Shown here: one piece after another, positions 13,101 to 24,271 of the stretch
Layout: the number at the start of each line of letters is the position of its first letter
How positions within the stretch are numbered: position 1 is the stretch's first letter
Assembly (NCBI RefSeq): GCF_004010195.1
Contig: NC_057720.1
Span: 8,637,866 to 8,701,865 of the forward strand
Source: Chiloscyllium plagiosum
Lineage: Eukaryota
Length of the DNA: 64,000 nucleotides
Direction of reading: 5' to 3'
Notes under the pieces: generated by a model
What the model was told of the DNA's origin: nothing
The model's database searches: none
Seen by the model: only the letters and a program-made list of their open reading frames with translations
Translations under genes and position numbers: made by a program

Positions 13101-13310
13101 ATTTCCTGCACTCTGTCTGCGATGTCCTTAATCCTGGCACCAGGAAGGCAACACACCATCCTTAAATCCCGCCTGTCGCCACAGAAACCCCGTTCAGTTC
13201 CTCTCACTATGGAGTCCCCTATCACCACAGCTCTGTGCGATGTCTGACTCCTCGGCTCTGCCTCCACGCCAACCTTTGATGGACAGACTTGACCGCCTCA
13301 CACTATGGAA
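10131..13310 (-). mobile_element. CR1 LINE (ORF1 esterase, ORF2 APE endonuclease and RT, 3' tail), gapped and frameshifted
   Basis: VVIGDSIVRG, HVGTND, DGLHLN; YMNAQS, GITET, GVIYRPP, MGDFN; SGVPQGSVL, KFADDTK; (TATTGTC)n-type tail. Confidence 0.95.
11270..11757. other. Assembly gap
   Basis: Run of N. Confidence 1.
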
Positions 13311-13454
13311 GTGTTAGCCCCCTGTGTTCCCTGTCTGTGTCATAATGTTTAGACTGATTCTAATCTAAAACGCGAGTTAACAGAGTCTTACATGGATTCA
13401 TGCAGTTTTTGAGCAAAGTACAATGTAACTCTGCAAGTACAAATTCACCCTACA

Positions 13455-13705
13455 AACGTATATGTGTATGTGTGCTTGTGGGTTTTTATGTGAGTGTATT
13501 TGTGTGTGTCTGGGGTAGGGGGGTTGTGGGTGTCTGTGAGAGAGAGTGTATATGTGTGTGAGTGTAAAGAATATAAGTCTGTAAGAGGATGCATGTGTGA
13601 GTGTGGGAGTGTGTGTGTCTGTAGGAGTGTGTGTGTCTGTGTGCGTGTCTGTGTATAGGAGTGTGAGTGTGTGTGCGCGCGCGTAGGAGTGCTGTGTCTA
13701 TGTAT
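13455..13705. repeat. Imperfect (GT)n microsatellite within the PLE 3' UTR
   Basis: GT/GA dinucleotide runs. Confidence 0.9.
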
Positions 13706-13779
13706 AGTGCAATGGTGGTCACCTGTAGTGTGACATGAACCCAGGGTCCTGGTTGAGGCCCTCCCTATGGGTATCGAAT

Positions 13780-14020
13780 GCCATTCTGGTAGTGTGGTGA
13801 CTAGAACTGCATGTAGTATTCCAAATGTGGCCAAACTAAAGTACTGTATAGCTGTAACATAACTTGCTAACTTTTATATTCAATGCTCCACTTGATTAAG
13901 GCATACTTACTGAATGGCTTCTTGAGCACCTTATCCACCTTTGTTGCCACTTTCAGGGATCTGTGGACCTGTATGCTCAGATCCCTCTCTATGTCAGTCT
14001 CCTAAGGGTTCTGCCATATA
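13780..14020 (-). mobile_element. CR1 RT C-terminal fragment
   Basis: Minus strand ERDLSIQVHRSLKVATKVDKV...LQLYSTLVWPHLEYYMQF. Confidence 0.8.
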
Positions 14021-14995
14021 TAGACATGAATTGTTATTGTTGTTGCTTTAAACGGGTGCTGTGAATTAGGCCTTATTCTCAGTGAGCATACAGTATGCAG
14101 AGGATGTCTTATCTGAAATACTTAGAGTAACACATGAAATACATTCCAGTTTTATGTGATCTGATGTGAAATGACCTTGTTCCTATACTTACAGTAAATA
14201 AACAACACTCTTTTATTTTAGAATAGAATAGAAATTTATTGTTCACGTATATTTTTATTTTAAAAAACAGTGAAAAGCTTTATAAGTCGACCCAGACAGC
14301 AGCGACATCAATGACAGGAGTCATGCATAATAATTTCAAATGTAAAATTAAGACAAAGTTCATCACAATTCAGTTAAAATCTTCTGGGCTCAGGTAAAGC
14401 CAATTTAGGAATGAAGGAATACCCTGAAGACCGCTATGCCATGCCACTGGAAAACTACAAATTTCCTTAGGATCTTATATGCTTCAATTAAGATATGACG
14501 ATCATTTTTAATTAACCTGTTCTAATAAATTTACTCAGAGATGATAGTACAGACTTCAGGAGCAGTTGGGACTTCAACCTTTGGTTCAGAAATAGGGACA
14601 CCGCCATTTCAACACAAGAGCCTCATCTCATTTTTGTCAACTCAACTGAATGAAGGCTTTAAGCTTTCCTCATGGAACAGTATTCATCCCAGAACCCAGT
14701 CGACTGCTCTTTCTCTGCACTGCTTTCAATGTTATTATTTCATTTCTTAAGGACAGCTATCAAAACTGAACACCAATTCCCTGCAAGAAAACCTCCCAGT
14801 GGCCCTTCCCTCATGGATTCATTATGGTGCTCCCACATGGTCAGTGGGCAAGACCCCATCAGTATTACTAAACGCTAATCGCTGGCTTCAGGATTAGTCA
14901 TTAAACTCAAACCCCATCTGCTTTTTCAGGTGGATACAAAGTGGTCAGTTCTCCCCAGTGTCCTGATCAACAGTCAATCAACATCAATAGACTTA

Positions 14996-15545
14996 GAGCT
15001 GAAAAATGTGTTGCTGGAAAAGCGCAGCAGGTCAGGCAGCATACAAGGAGCAGGAGAATCGATATTTCGGGCATAAGCCCTTCTTCAGGAATGAGGAAGG
15101 TGTGCCAAGCAGGCTAAGATAAAAGGTAGGGAGGAGGGACTTGGGGAAGGGGCATTAGGAATGCGATAGATGGAAGGAGGTTAAGGTGAGGGTGATAGGC
15201 CGGAGAGAGGGTGGGGGCGGAGAGATCGGGAGGAAGGAGGTTAAGGTGAGGGTGATAGGCCGGAGAGGGGTGGGGGGCGGAGAGGTCGGGAAGAAGATTG
15301 CAGGTCAAGAAGGCGGTGCTGAGTCCGAGGGTTGGGACTGAGATAAGGTGGGGGCAGGGGAAATGAGAAAGCTGGAGAAATCTGCATTCATCCCTTGTGG
15401 TTGGAGGGTTCCAAGGCGGAAGATGAGACGCTCTTCCTCCAGGCGTCATGTTGCCATGGTCTGGCGATGGAGGAGGCCAAGGACCTGCATGTCCTTGGCA
15501 GAGTGGGAGGGGGAGTTAAAGTGTTCAGCCACAGGGCGGTTGGGT
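14996..15545 (-). mobile_element. PLE family A 3' fragment with hammerhead and internal 60-bp tandem duplication
   Basis: GIY-YIG C-terminal coding (HFNSPSHSAKDMQVLGL-type); HHR motif at ~15057-15092; duplication 15172-15231/15232-15291. Confidence 0.85.
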
Positions 15546-15624
15546 TGGAACAGACCATGAACAAGCTAACATGCTAAAAAGCCAAGCATAATTTTGTGAT
15601 AATAAACTTGTTGATACCTTCACA

Positions 15625-15990
15625 TGTTTTTTATTATTGATTCACAGGATGAGGGCATCACTGGCTAGGCCAGCATTTATTTCCCAAACCTAATTGTCCA
15701 GAAAGCAATTAAAAGTCGACCATATTGCTGTGGGCCTGGAGTCGCGTGTATGCCAGACCAGGTAAGGATGATAGTTTCCTTTGTGAACGGGCATTAATGA
15801 CCTAGATTGCTTTTTCCAGACAATCATCAATGGATTCACAGTCATCATTAGACTCTTAATTCCAGATTTTTATTGAATACAAATTCCATCATCTGCTGCG
15901 GTGGGATTTGAACCCAGGTCCCCAGAACATTAGCTGGGTTTCTAAATGACCAATCTAGTGATAATGCCATAAGACTATTGGCTCCTCCAA
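15625..15990 (-). mobile_element. tRNA-derived SINE (family 2) with L2-like 3' tail
   Basis: Minus-strand GGGTTCAAATCCC B-box; tail AATAAATGCTGGCC shared with the L2-like LINE ends; other copies near 4560-4885, 26265-26510, 28920-29215, 30185-30395, 47590-47830. Confidence 0.75.
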
Positions 15991-16034
15991 AGGAATGGAA
16001 ACTAAATGCTGGCCCAGCCAGTTCTCCCCATATT

Positions 16035-16362
16035 CCATAAATAGTATCCCAAGGGTGGACAGGGAGAGCCTTTTTCCAAGAATGGTGACGGAGAGGATGA
16101 GGGGGCATAGCTTTAAATTGAGGAGTGATAGATATAGGACAGATGTCAGAGGTAGTTTCTTTACTCAGAGAGTAGTAAGGGTATGGAGTGTTTTGCCTGC
16201 AACAGTAGTAGATTCGCCAACTTTAAGCACATTTAAGTCATTGGACAAGCATATGGACGAACATGGAAAAGTGTAGGTTAGATGGGCTTCAGATTGATAT
16301 GACAGGTCGGCGCAACATCGAGGGCCGAAGGGCCTGTACTGCGCTGTATTGTTCTATGTTCT
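16035..16362 (+). mobile_element. CR1 LINE 3' end
   Basis: RGHSFKLRSDRYRTDVRGSFFTQRVVRVW; (TTCTATG) tail. Confidence 0.9.
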
Positions 16363-16643
16363 AATCCCTACAGTGTGGAAACAGGCCATTTTGACCCTAC
16401 ATTTACCCCTGACTAATGCACCCAACCTACACATGCCTGAACACTACGGGCCAATTTACCATGGCCAATTTACTTAACCTGCGCATCTTTGCACTGTGGG
16501 AGGAAACCAGAGCACCCGGAGGACACCCAAGCAGGCACAGGGAAAATGTGCAATCTCCACACAGACAGTCACCCAAGGCTAGAATCAAATCCAGGTCGCT
16601 GGTGCTGTGAGGTAGCCTTGCTAACCACTGACCACTATGCTGC
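16363..16643 (-). mobile_element. HE1/V-SINE
   Basis: Homology to other copies in the window. Confidence 0.85.
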
Positions 16644-16679
16644 AAAAAATCTGTGATATGACAAGAAAGACTGAAATGC

Positions 16680-16870
16680 TGGTTAGCTGGATACTAACTA
16701 ATGCCAGAAGCATGGGGTACATTCCCACATGGGCTGGAATTACTGTAAAGCACTCTCCTTCTCAACCTCTCTTCCTCACCTGAGGTGTGGTAGCTTTCAG
16801 GTTAAACCAGCCACCAATCATCTCTCTCGAATGAGGGAGCACATCTAAGACTGTGGTGACTTTACCTTTT
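16680..16870 (+). mobile_element. SINE-like repeat (family 3)
   Basis: CTCCTTCTCAACCTC..CCTGAGG..GGTTAAAC core recurs at ~19445-19660(-), ~25520-25700(-) and ~36025-36200(+). Confidence 0.6.
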
Positions 16871-17494
16871 AGTGACTGAAATTGTAAAATTATTCACTGT
16901 GTATGGTGCTTCAGCGAAGTTTCAAGAATAAATGGAAAATTTTTTTTTGAATAATCCAGTGTCTGCTGCACTTTAAAGAGAACCATTTAACATGGCTGAT
17001 CCCAGGGTTTTGCTGAAGTGACAGGTTTGACTCAATAATGGGAGTGACAACAAATGGGAGAGTCATTGTGCGAGTTCTTTAACACTGCTTATTTGAGGCT
17101 GCTCTTGAAAAGCTGTCATGTTGGATAGGAACCCATTATTCTTCTCTAATGTTTGGAGGCCGTTCAGTGGTGATAGCATTGTTATTGTGAGTACTTTATT
17201 TTCTGTTACCAACTTTCAATGTAATTCACAGCAATTGATGAAGCGAGAAAGAGGGATCAAGTTGTATCTTAGAATGGAATGAGGTGAGATGAGAGAATAA
17301 TGCACTTGCAGGAAATAGCTTATGTGTATAAAATAATACCATAGCAATTTGTACAGAATTGCACTAGAGACATGGAAATTACAGCAAAAGACATCCCCAT
17401 TATTGTAATTTACATCTAGTGTCAGCCCTGACTCGATGGGTAGCAATTTCACCTCTTAGTCAGAGGATGGGGTCTTCAAATCAGTCTCCACTGA

Positions 17495-18460
17495 TGTTTT
17501 TTTGCTTTACTCATGGGACATGGATGTTGATAGCTGGCCTGGCATTTATTGTTCAACCCTAATTGCCCTTGAGAAGCTGCCTTCTTGAACTGTTGCAGTC
17601 CATATGCTGTAGATTAACCCACAATACCATTAGGGAAGGGATTCCAGGGGTTTGACGCAGCAACAGCGATATATTTCCAAGCCAGGAAGGTGAGTGGTTT
17701 GGAGGGGAACTTGCAGGTGGTGGTGTTCCCCTGTATCTGCTGCCCTTGTTCCTTCTAGATGGAAGTGGTCGTGAATTTGGAAGGTGCTGTCTAAGGATCT
17801 ACTGTGAATTTCTGCAGTGCACCTTGTAGATCATACGCCCTGCCGGTACTGAGCATCAATGGTGAATGGAGTGGATGAGATGCCAATCAAGCGGGCAGCT
17901 TTGTCCGGGATGGTGTCAAGCTTCTTGAGTGTTGGTGGAGCAGGAGTCATCCAAGCCAGGGGAGAGTATTTCCTTACACTCCTGATTTCTGCCTTGTAAA
18001 TGGAGGGCAGGCTTTGGGGAGTTAGCAGGTGTGTTACTCACTTCAATATCTGGATCAGTGGTGCTGGAAGAGCACAGCAATTCAGGCAGCATCATTCGAG
18101 CAGCAAAATCGACATTTCGGGCAAAAGCCCTTCATCAGGAATAAAGGCAGAGAGCCTGAAGCGTGGAGAGATAAGCTAGAGGAGGGTGGGGGTGGGGAGA
18201 AAGTAGCATAGAGTACAATAGGTGAGTGGGGGAGGAGATGAAGGTGATAGGTCAGGGAGGAGAGGGTGGAGTGGATAGGTGGAAAAGGAGCTAGGCAGGT
18301 CAGACAAGTCCGGACAGTTCAAGGGGACAGTGCGGGCTGGAAGTTTGAAACTAGGATGAGGTGGGGGAAGGGGAAATGAGGAAGCTGTTGAAGTCCACAT
18401 TGATGCCCTGGGGTTGAAGTGTTCCGAGGCGTTTTTTACTCACTTCAGTATGCCTAGCAT
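17495..18460 (-). mobile_element. L2/CR1-group LINE 3' part, interrupted by a PLE
   Basis: Minus strand PTLKKLDTIPDKAARLIG-type coding; tail AAGGGCAATTAGGG..AATAAATGC. Confidence 0.8.
18050..18435 (-). mobile_element. PLE family A-related 3' fragment with hammerhead
   Basis: HHR CTGATGA-A-GGGC-TTTT-GCCC-GAAA-TGTC at 18138-18111; TSD TTACTCACTTCA(A/G)TAT at 18034-18049 and 18436-18451. Confidence 0.85.
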
Positions 18461-20029
18461 CAATAGTGTTCCGAGGCGTTTTTTACTCACTTCAGTATGC
18501 CTAGCATCAATACACTTGAACATGCAATCAAGTCTGAAACTGCGGTGCAGTGCTGAGGGCTAGGAGCTGTCTTTCCTCTTACGTGTGTGTGTGTGTAGAA
18601 TTGGCCCTGTGGGATTAGGAAGGTGAGTTATTCCCAATGTCCAGGTCAACATCCACCCCTCAACCAATGTCATGAACAAACAAAAAAAGATTATTTGGTA
18701 ATTATCACACGCCTATTCCTCCTGACCAAGAGGAAATGAGAGGCCACTGAAAATCTTTAACCAGCTGGTCTTGGTCCAGCCCTTTCACCAGTTTTCACAT
18801 TGGGTCTGGTATTGTGGCCATCTTCTCATTTGTGATCCAGGGTTAAAATAGGTCCTGGGTCTGAACACCGACTCTGATGCCCAGCTTTCAAAAAGATATG
18901 AAGCTAATTGGCCTGCCATGCTGGTGAAGTTCAAAGTGATGTTTCTGGGGTCACACTCAAAGTTAGAGGTTGAGTCGACCACATTGTCATGGATCTGGAC
19001 GCACTTGTATGCGTAAGAACATTTATAAACCAGGCAGGTTTTTGCAAAAATCAACAATAATTTGGTGGTGACTATTACTGAAATAAGCTTTCAATTTTAA
19101 ACCAAATCCAAAGTTCTGGTGAGAGTTGAACCCATTACGACAGAACATTATTGTTGGTTCCCCAGATTGTGAGTTTAATGACATTACTCTGACACCACAA
19201 TCACCTGCTATCAGTTAGACATTTCCTAGGGAGGGCTGACAGTGTTAACACATAGTGCCAATACGTCACTATCAGTAATACTTTCTGAAATCCCACATTC
19301 CGATACTGATGTGCAGGGTTTAGTGTTTATTGATGACAACGCAGTGCGTTGCCAACAGTATAACTCTGATATATTTCTTACTAATCAGGTAACCAAAATG
19401 GAATTAAATAACAATGCCATCACCAGTCAGTAACAAAACAGCTAAAGACCATAAACAGCATTGAGTAAAGGCTTAAGTCACTATAGTGCCAATCTCCGAT
19501 AAGAGATAAACAATTGGTAAGGAGTTTAAGTTGAGTCATCATGCCTCAGGCAAGGAGCAATGTTGAGAAGGTATGACCCTCATCATAACAGCAGCCAGTG
19601 CAGGAATTGAACCCATACTGGGCGTGTTAGTGTGTACCACAAGCTGACTGAGCTACACCCACTGAGTGAATGGGATTTGACTCAGTATTTTACTGAGCTG
19701 CAACTTAAATTTTCTGGGTAAGTTAAACAACATTTTAGATTTGCACAGCTACTAGTGTTGGTTTTTGAACAAAATAAATGGATAGTGACCTTTCAGATGG
19801 CAAGTCATACTGACAAGGTAAAGCAATTGATTCAAATGCTGTCATCAATCATCCTGAGCTTGACTATAAGGGTCCGGTAATTAATCTATGCTCACTGTAC
19901 TTGATTGGTTCTGCCTGGGTGTGAACTTAGAACAAAGTTAACAGACACAGCCAGAAGCAGTGAGAAGTTTAGTTATAATCTTTAGACATTTTATAATTGG
20001 AGAGATGTTTTAAAATATATGGAAATAAA

Positions 20030-20195
20030 TCTAAAACAAACAAAAATAAACTGCAGATGCTGGAATTCAGAATTAAAATAAGAAATTGCTGTAAATTGCT
20101 GTAATATCTGGCAGAATTTAAGAAGTGTTAATTCTATTTTCTCTCCACAGATGCTACCAGACCTTCTGAGTGTTTCCAGCAATTTCTGTTTTTGT
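20030..20195. mobile_element. Old fold-back PLE tail remnant (family C)
   Basis: CTGCAGATGCTGG..AGAAATTGCTG on the left inverted against CAGATGCTACCAGACC..CAGCAATTTCTG on the right. Confidence 0.55.
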
Positions 20196-20736
20196 GTTGG
20201 AAATAAAACGGCTACATATTTAGAGACTAATGTAATCTCTGCATTGCTTTGAGATGGATTTATTTTCAACAGTGGGGATACAAGATTAAAGTGGGAAAAG
20301 CAAATTTAAAGCTACAGTCAGGACAGATTCTCCAGTGATTGGGATGTCATTGTCACATTGGGTTACCAATAGTGATATTAGGAATAGAAAGATCATGAGT
20401 TCAAATTCTGCAATGACATTTTGAAAATTTGAATTCTATTCAAAAACAAACTCTGGAAATAAAAAGCTGGTCAAAATGAGAAAGTTTATGCATTCAGGGT
20501 CTGAGCAGTGGAATGCAGTAAGAATGGTTAACCAATACCCTTCAACCCAGAAAGTATGCAGTTCTTACCTGGCCTTTCTGCGACTCCAATCCCATATCAA
20601 CATAGCTAAACCTGGATTTTATATTCAGCATCCTCATGGTCAAATCCTCCGCCTTCCCCTTTTCTCTATTGCTTCCTCCGGCTCCACAACTTTTTTTTCC
20701 AACCCAAATACGTCCCATCCCACAATCTCTGAATGG

Positions 20737-21060
20737 ATTATAGTATGGAAACAGGCCATTTGGCCCAACAGGTCTACACTGACCTTCCGAAGAGTAACCG
20801 ACCCAGACCCATTCCTCTACCCTATATTTACCCCTGACTAATGCAACATTACACTGTGGGCAATTTAGCATGGCCAGTTCATCTGACCTGCGCATTGTTG
20901 GATTGTGAGAGGAAAATGGGGTACCCAGAGGACACCCACACAGACTCACCCATGGGGAGTTTGTGCAAACTCCACACAGACAGTGCCCGAGGTGGGAATC
21001 AAACCCAGGTCTGTGGCGTTGTGAGGCAGCAATGCCTACCACTGAGCCACCATGCCACCC
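20737..21060 (-). mobile_element. HE1/V-SINE
   Basis: Full head-body-tail homology. Confidence 0.85.
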
Positions 21061-21645
21061 TGGCCTCCTGTGCAATCAACATTGGCAGCTGGGTTTAAGC
21101 ATAAAGTTGCTGGATTTTTTTCCTGAACCTCTTTGCTTCTGTTCTTTGAACCCCTCCTCAAAAGTAACCTTATTGACCAAGTTTTTGGTCAGCTTGGTGG
21201 TTAGTGTTCGATGATGCCTTGTCAAGTTTCTAACTATGCTCAAGATCTTCTCATAAGATGTAGGCTTCAGTGGCAAGGCGAGAATCAATTCTGCAATCTG
21301 AATTGTCTTTGAGAGTGGTGGTGAGCTGCCTTCTTGAAATACTGCAGTCCACAGCGCTGTTAGGAATGGAGTTTTGGGATTTTGGCTTGCAATTGGAAAA
21401 ACAGTGATACATTTCCAAGTCAGGATGGTGTTTGATATGCGAGTGCAGTGTGCAATTGGTGGTGTTTCCTTCCATTTGTAGTCTTTCTCCTTCTTGTTGT
21501 TAGTGTTCACGAGTTTCATAGATTGTGGGAGAATGGAAGCAGACCCTCTGAAGAGCATACCTCCCAGACCTGCCCTCCTGCCTCCTCCCAACTCCCCCAT
21601 CCCTGTAACCCTCCATTTCCTATGGCTAATCCACTTAACCTGCAT

Positions 21646-22010
21646 AAGTGTATAAAATTATGCGGGACATAGATAGGATGAATGCATGTAGTCTTTTCCC
21701 CAGGGATGAGAAATTGAAAACTAGAGGGCATAGGTTTAAGGCAAGAGGGGAAAGATTTAAGAAGGACCTGAGGGGCAACTTCTTCACGCAGTGAGTGGTG
21801 CATATATGGAATGGGCTGCCAGAGAAAGTGATTAAGGCAGGCACATAGGCAAGTTTCAAAAAAAACATTTGGATAGGAACATGGTTAGGAAGGGTTTAGA
21901 GCAATATGGGCCAAATGTGGGCAATTGGAACTAGCTGAGTGGGCACCATGGTCAACATGGGCCAGTTTGGGCCGAAGGGCCTATTTCCATGCTGTATTAC
22001 TAAATGACTC
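21646..22010 (+). mobile_element. CR1 (HER1-like) LINE 3' end
   Basis: KTRGHRFKARGERFKKDLRGNFFTQ coding; ATGACTCTAT tail. Confidence 0.9.
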
Positions 22011-22022
22011 TATACCTGGACA

Positions 22023-22116
22023 GATTCCTGAAGAAGGGCTTATGCCCGAAACGTCGATTCTCCTGTTCCCTGGATGCTGCCTGACCTGCTGCGCTTTTCC
22101 AGCAACACATTTTCAG
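22023..22116 (+). mobile_element. 94-bp PLE mini-insertion: intact hammerhead motif plus tail
   Basis: Perfect 15-bp TSD CTCTATACCTGGACA at 22008-22022 and 22117-22131; CTGAAGA-A-GGGC-TTAT-GCCC-GAAA-CGTC at 22028-22055. Confidence 0.9.
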
Positions 22117-22762
22117 CTCTATACCTGGACACTATAGGCACGGCCATTCCCCCTAGCTTGCACAGGAGAGGAAACTGGAGAGCACTTGGGCAGAATGTGC
22201 AAACTCCACACAGGCAGTTGCCCTGAGGCTGGAATCATTCATGGGTCCCTGGCACTGTGAGGCAGCAGTGCAAACCACTGAGCCACCGCTGTTGAGGGAG
22301 GCTTGATGAGTTGCTGCAGAACATCTTGTAGATGGGTGCACACTGCTGTTACAGTGTGTTGGATGTGGAGGTGGCTGGATGTTGGTTTGCTGTTGCAGTA
22401 AATTCACACTGCTGTCACTTGGAACAGTGGTGTATATTGTGAACGAGTGAATGTTAAAGATTTCAGATGGAGCACATTGCATTTGCAAATTGTTGTTGTG
22501 ATTGACTTGTAACTGTGAAATGGCAAGCCCTTCAGCAGTAAAATGGAGGAGACCTATCATCAACTCCTCAGGAAGATCTAGCATGGGCATGCTCCCAGCA
22601 TGCCTCACATCTCAAGGTTGTGGTTCTCCTGAATGGATGGATAAGTTAATGACCGGAATGGTCTTCCTCCTGGAAATATAGCTGGTAATCTTGTGAACTG
22701 GAAGATTTGTTTAGCTTGAAACATCATTCTGTCGAGATGGCAACTCTGTCACCGTCCATTCA

Positions 22763-23497
22763 CCATATACATTTGTGTAAAAGTTGAATTTTTTAGACTA
22801 TTTTTAAGATTTAATTTATGGGGTCAATTATGACATGGATCTTACTTTGAAGGGGCTTAAAATCATGCTACAGTCCAAAATACCAATCATTAACAGAAGG
22901 CCAACTGATCTCTAAATGAATAAAGAAAAGAAAGTGAATTTTGGAAATTATTGGATAAAGATGATAGAAACAAAAATGAATTAGTAAGCTTTTACTTATA
23001 CATACAAAGTGGGAAATAGAAATATAATACAACTTGAAAATACAATTACATGGTACATCTTAAATTAAACGTCAAATATAAAAGTTCATTAAAATCTTGC
23101 AAAATCACCCTGTTCAACATCTTTAGCACTGAATAATGCTTCATAATCATCAGGATGAATGATATCATTGTATGAATCCTCTTTCTCTTCACTATCTGTA
23201 GTTAGATGTAGATCACCAATTATATTAATTATAGTGCTCGTTCAATAATGAACCTAAGAAATCCATTTTTTAATGTCGGTGTGAATTATACATCAAAACA
23301 CATAATAGCACAAAAAAGAAATTTCATTTCTTCACCGTAGCATTTATGTACAGGATAAATACCTTGACTCACAAAGGTTGCTCTGATATCTGTGAAGAAC
23401 TAGGGTTGGCTTTTACACGAGGTGTATGGAAAATTCCAGATTTTTTGGCCAAAGTTAAACTTTAACACAAGATCGACTTTTACTCGAGTATATATGG
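22763..23497 (-). mobile_element. Non-autonomous pogo/Tc1-mariner-type DNA transposon remnant
   Basis: TIRs CCATATACATTTGTGTAAAAGTTGA (left) and CCATATATACTCGAGTAAAAGTCGA (right, reverse complement), TA on the right flank; minus strand ~23208-23089 encodes an acidic tail DSEEKEDSYNDIIHPDDYEALFSAKDVEQGDFARF*. Confidence 0.65.
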
Positions 23498-23907
23498 TAC
23501 TCATAATATAAACATTGGAGCATTCAAGGGCATGAGTCGAAAATCAATCGCACATTCTTTCCAATATAACAGCAGACACGGTTGTAGAAAAACAAAACAG
23601 CTCTCAACTGTCAGAAAATATTCCCCACTCTTTGACATGCATTTTTAAAGATTTTATATATCTTTGAACTATTAAATAGCTTTTCATCATTGTGAGATGT
23701 TAAGTTGTTTTAAGAAGATCTGTCCTAATAGTGTATACATGTGTCTCTTAAAAGCATAGTGTGGGATACTGGACAAACATAATAAGTGTATAAATTTTGA
23801 TGCTTGTGGTTGTGCTGGATTATGGGAATAGGAGGAGAGCAAACAGCCCCTGCACAATATGACATATGAACTACTGGAATGGGAGAGAAGGACTCCATTC
23901 AGCCTGT

Positions 23908-24215
23908 TCATAGAATCCCTACAATATGGGCACAAGCCATTTGGTTCATCAAATCCACACCGACCTCCTGAAGAGCATCCCACACACTTGTACCCCTGCA
24001 TTTTCCATGGCTAATCCTCCTAACCTATACATCCCTGTATACTTTGGGCAATTTAGCATGGCCGATCCATCCTAACCTACACATCTTCCAACCGTGGGAG
24101 AAAACCCACAAAGGCACAGGAAGCACATGCAAAATCCACACAGACAGTCACCTGAGGCTGGAATTGAACCCAGGTCCTTGCCGTTGTGAGGCAACAGTGC
24201 TACTGTGCCACACCA
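23908..24215 (-). mobile_element. HE1/V-SINE
   Basis: Homology to other copies. Confidence 0.85.
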
Positions 24216-24271
24216 TTCTGTCATTTAGAAAGATATTGATTGATGTGTTTGTGTCTTAATTTCACGTTAGC

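Larger units (their letters stand above)
9782..13778 (-). mobile_element. PLE family B 3' end (GIY-YIG C-terminus, (CA)-rich UTR, pLTR with HHR), split by a CR1 insertion
   Basis: Minus strand 13778-13719 reads FDTHREGLNQDPGFMSHYR*; HHR CTGATGA-A-GGAGT-GGC-ACTCC-GAAA at 9902-9878; terminus homologous to 7216-7330. Confidence 0.8.
21518..22290 (-). mobile_element. HE1/V-SINE interrupted by a CR1 3' end and a hammerhead mini-element
   Basis: SINE tail at 21518-21645 and head at ~22130-22290. Confidence 0.7.

Noticed and set aside
13445..13834. His/Thr-rich ORFs
   Set aside because: Translation of a (CA)n microsatellite
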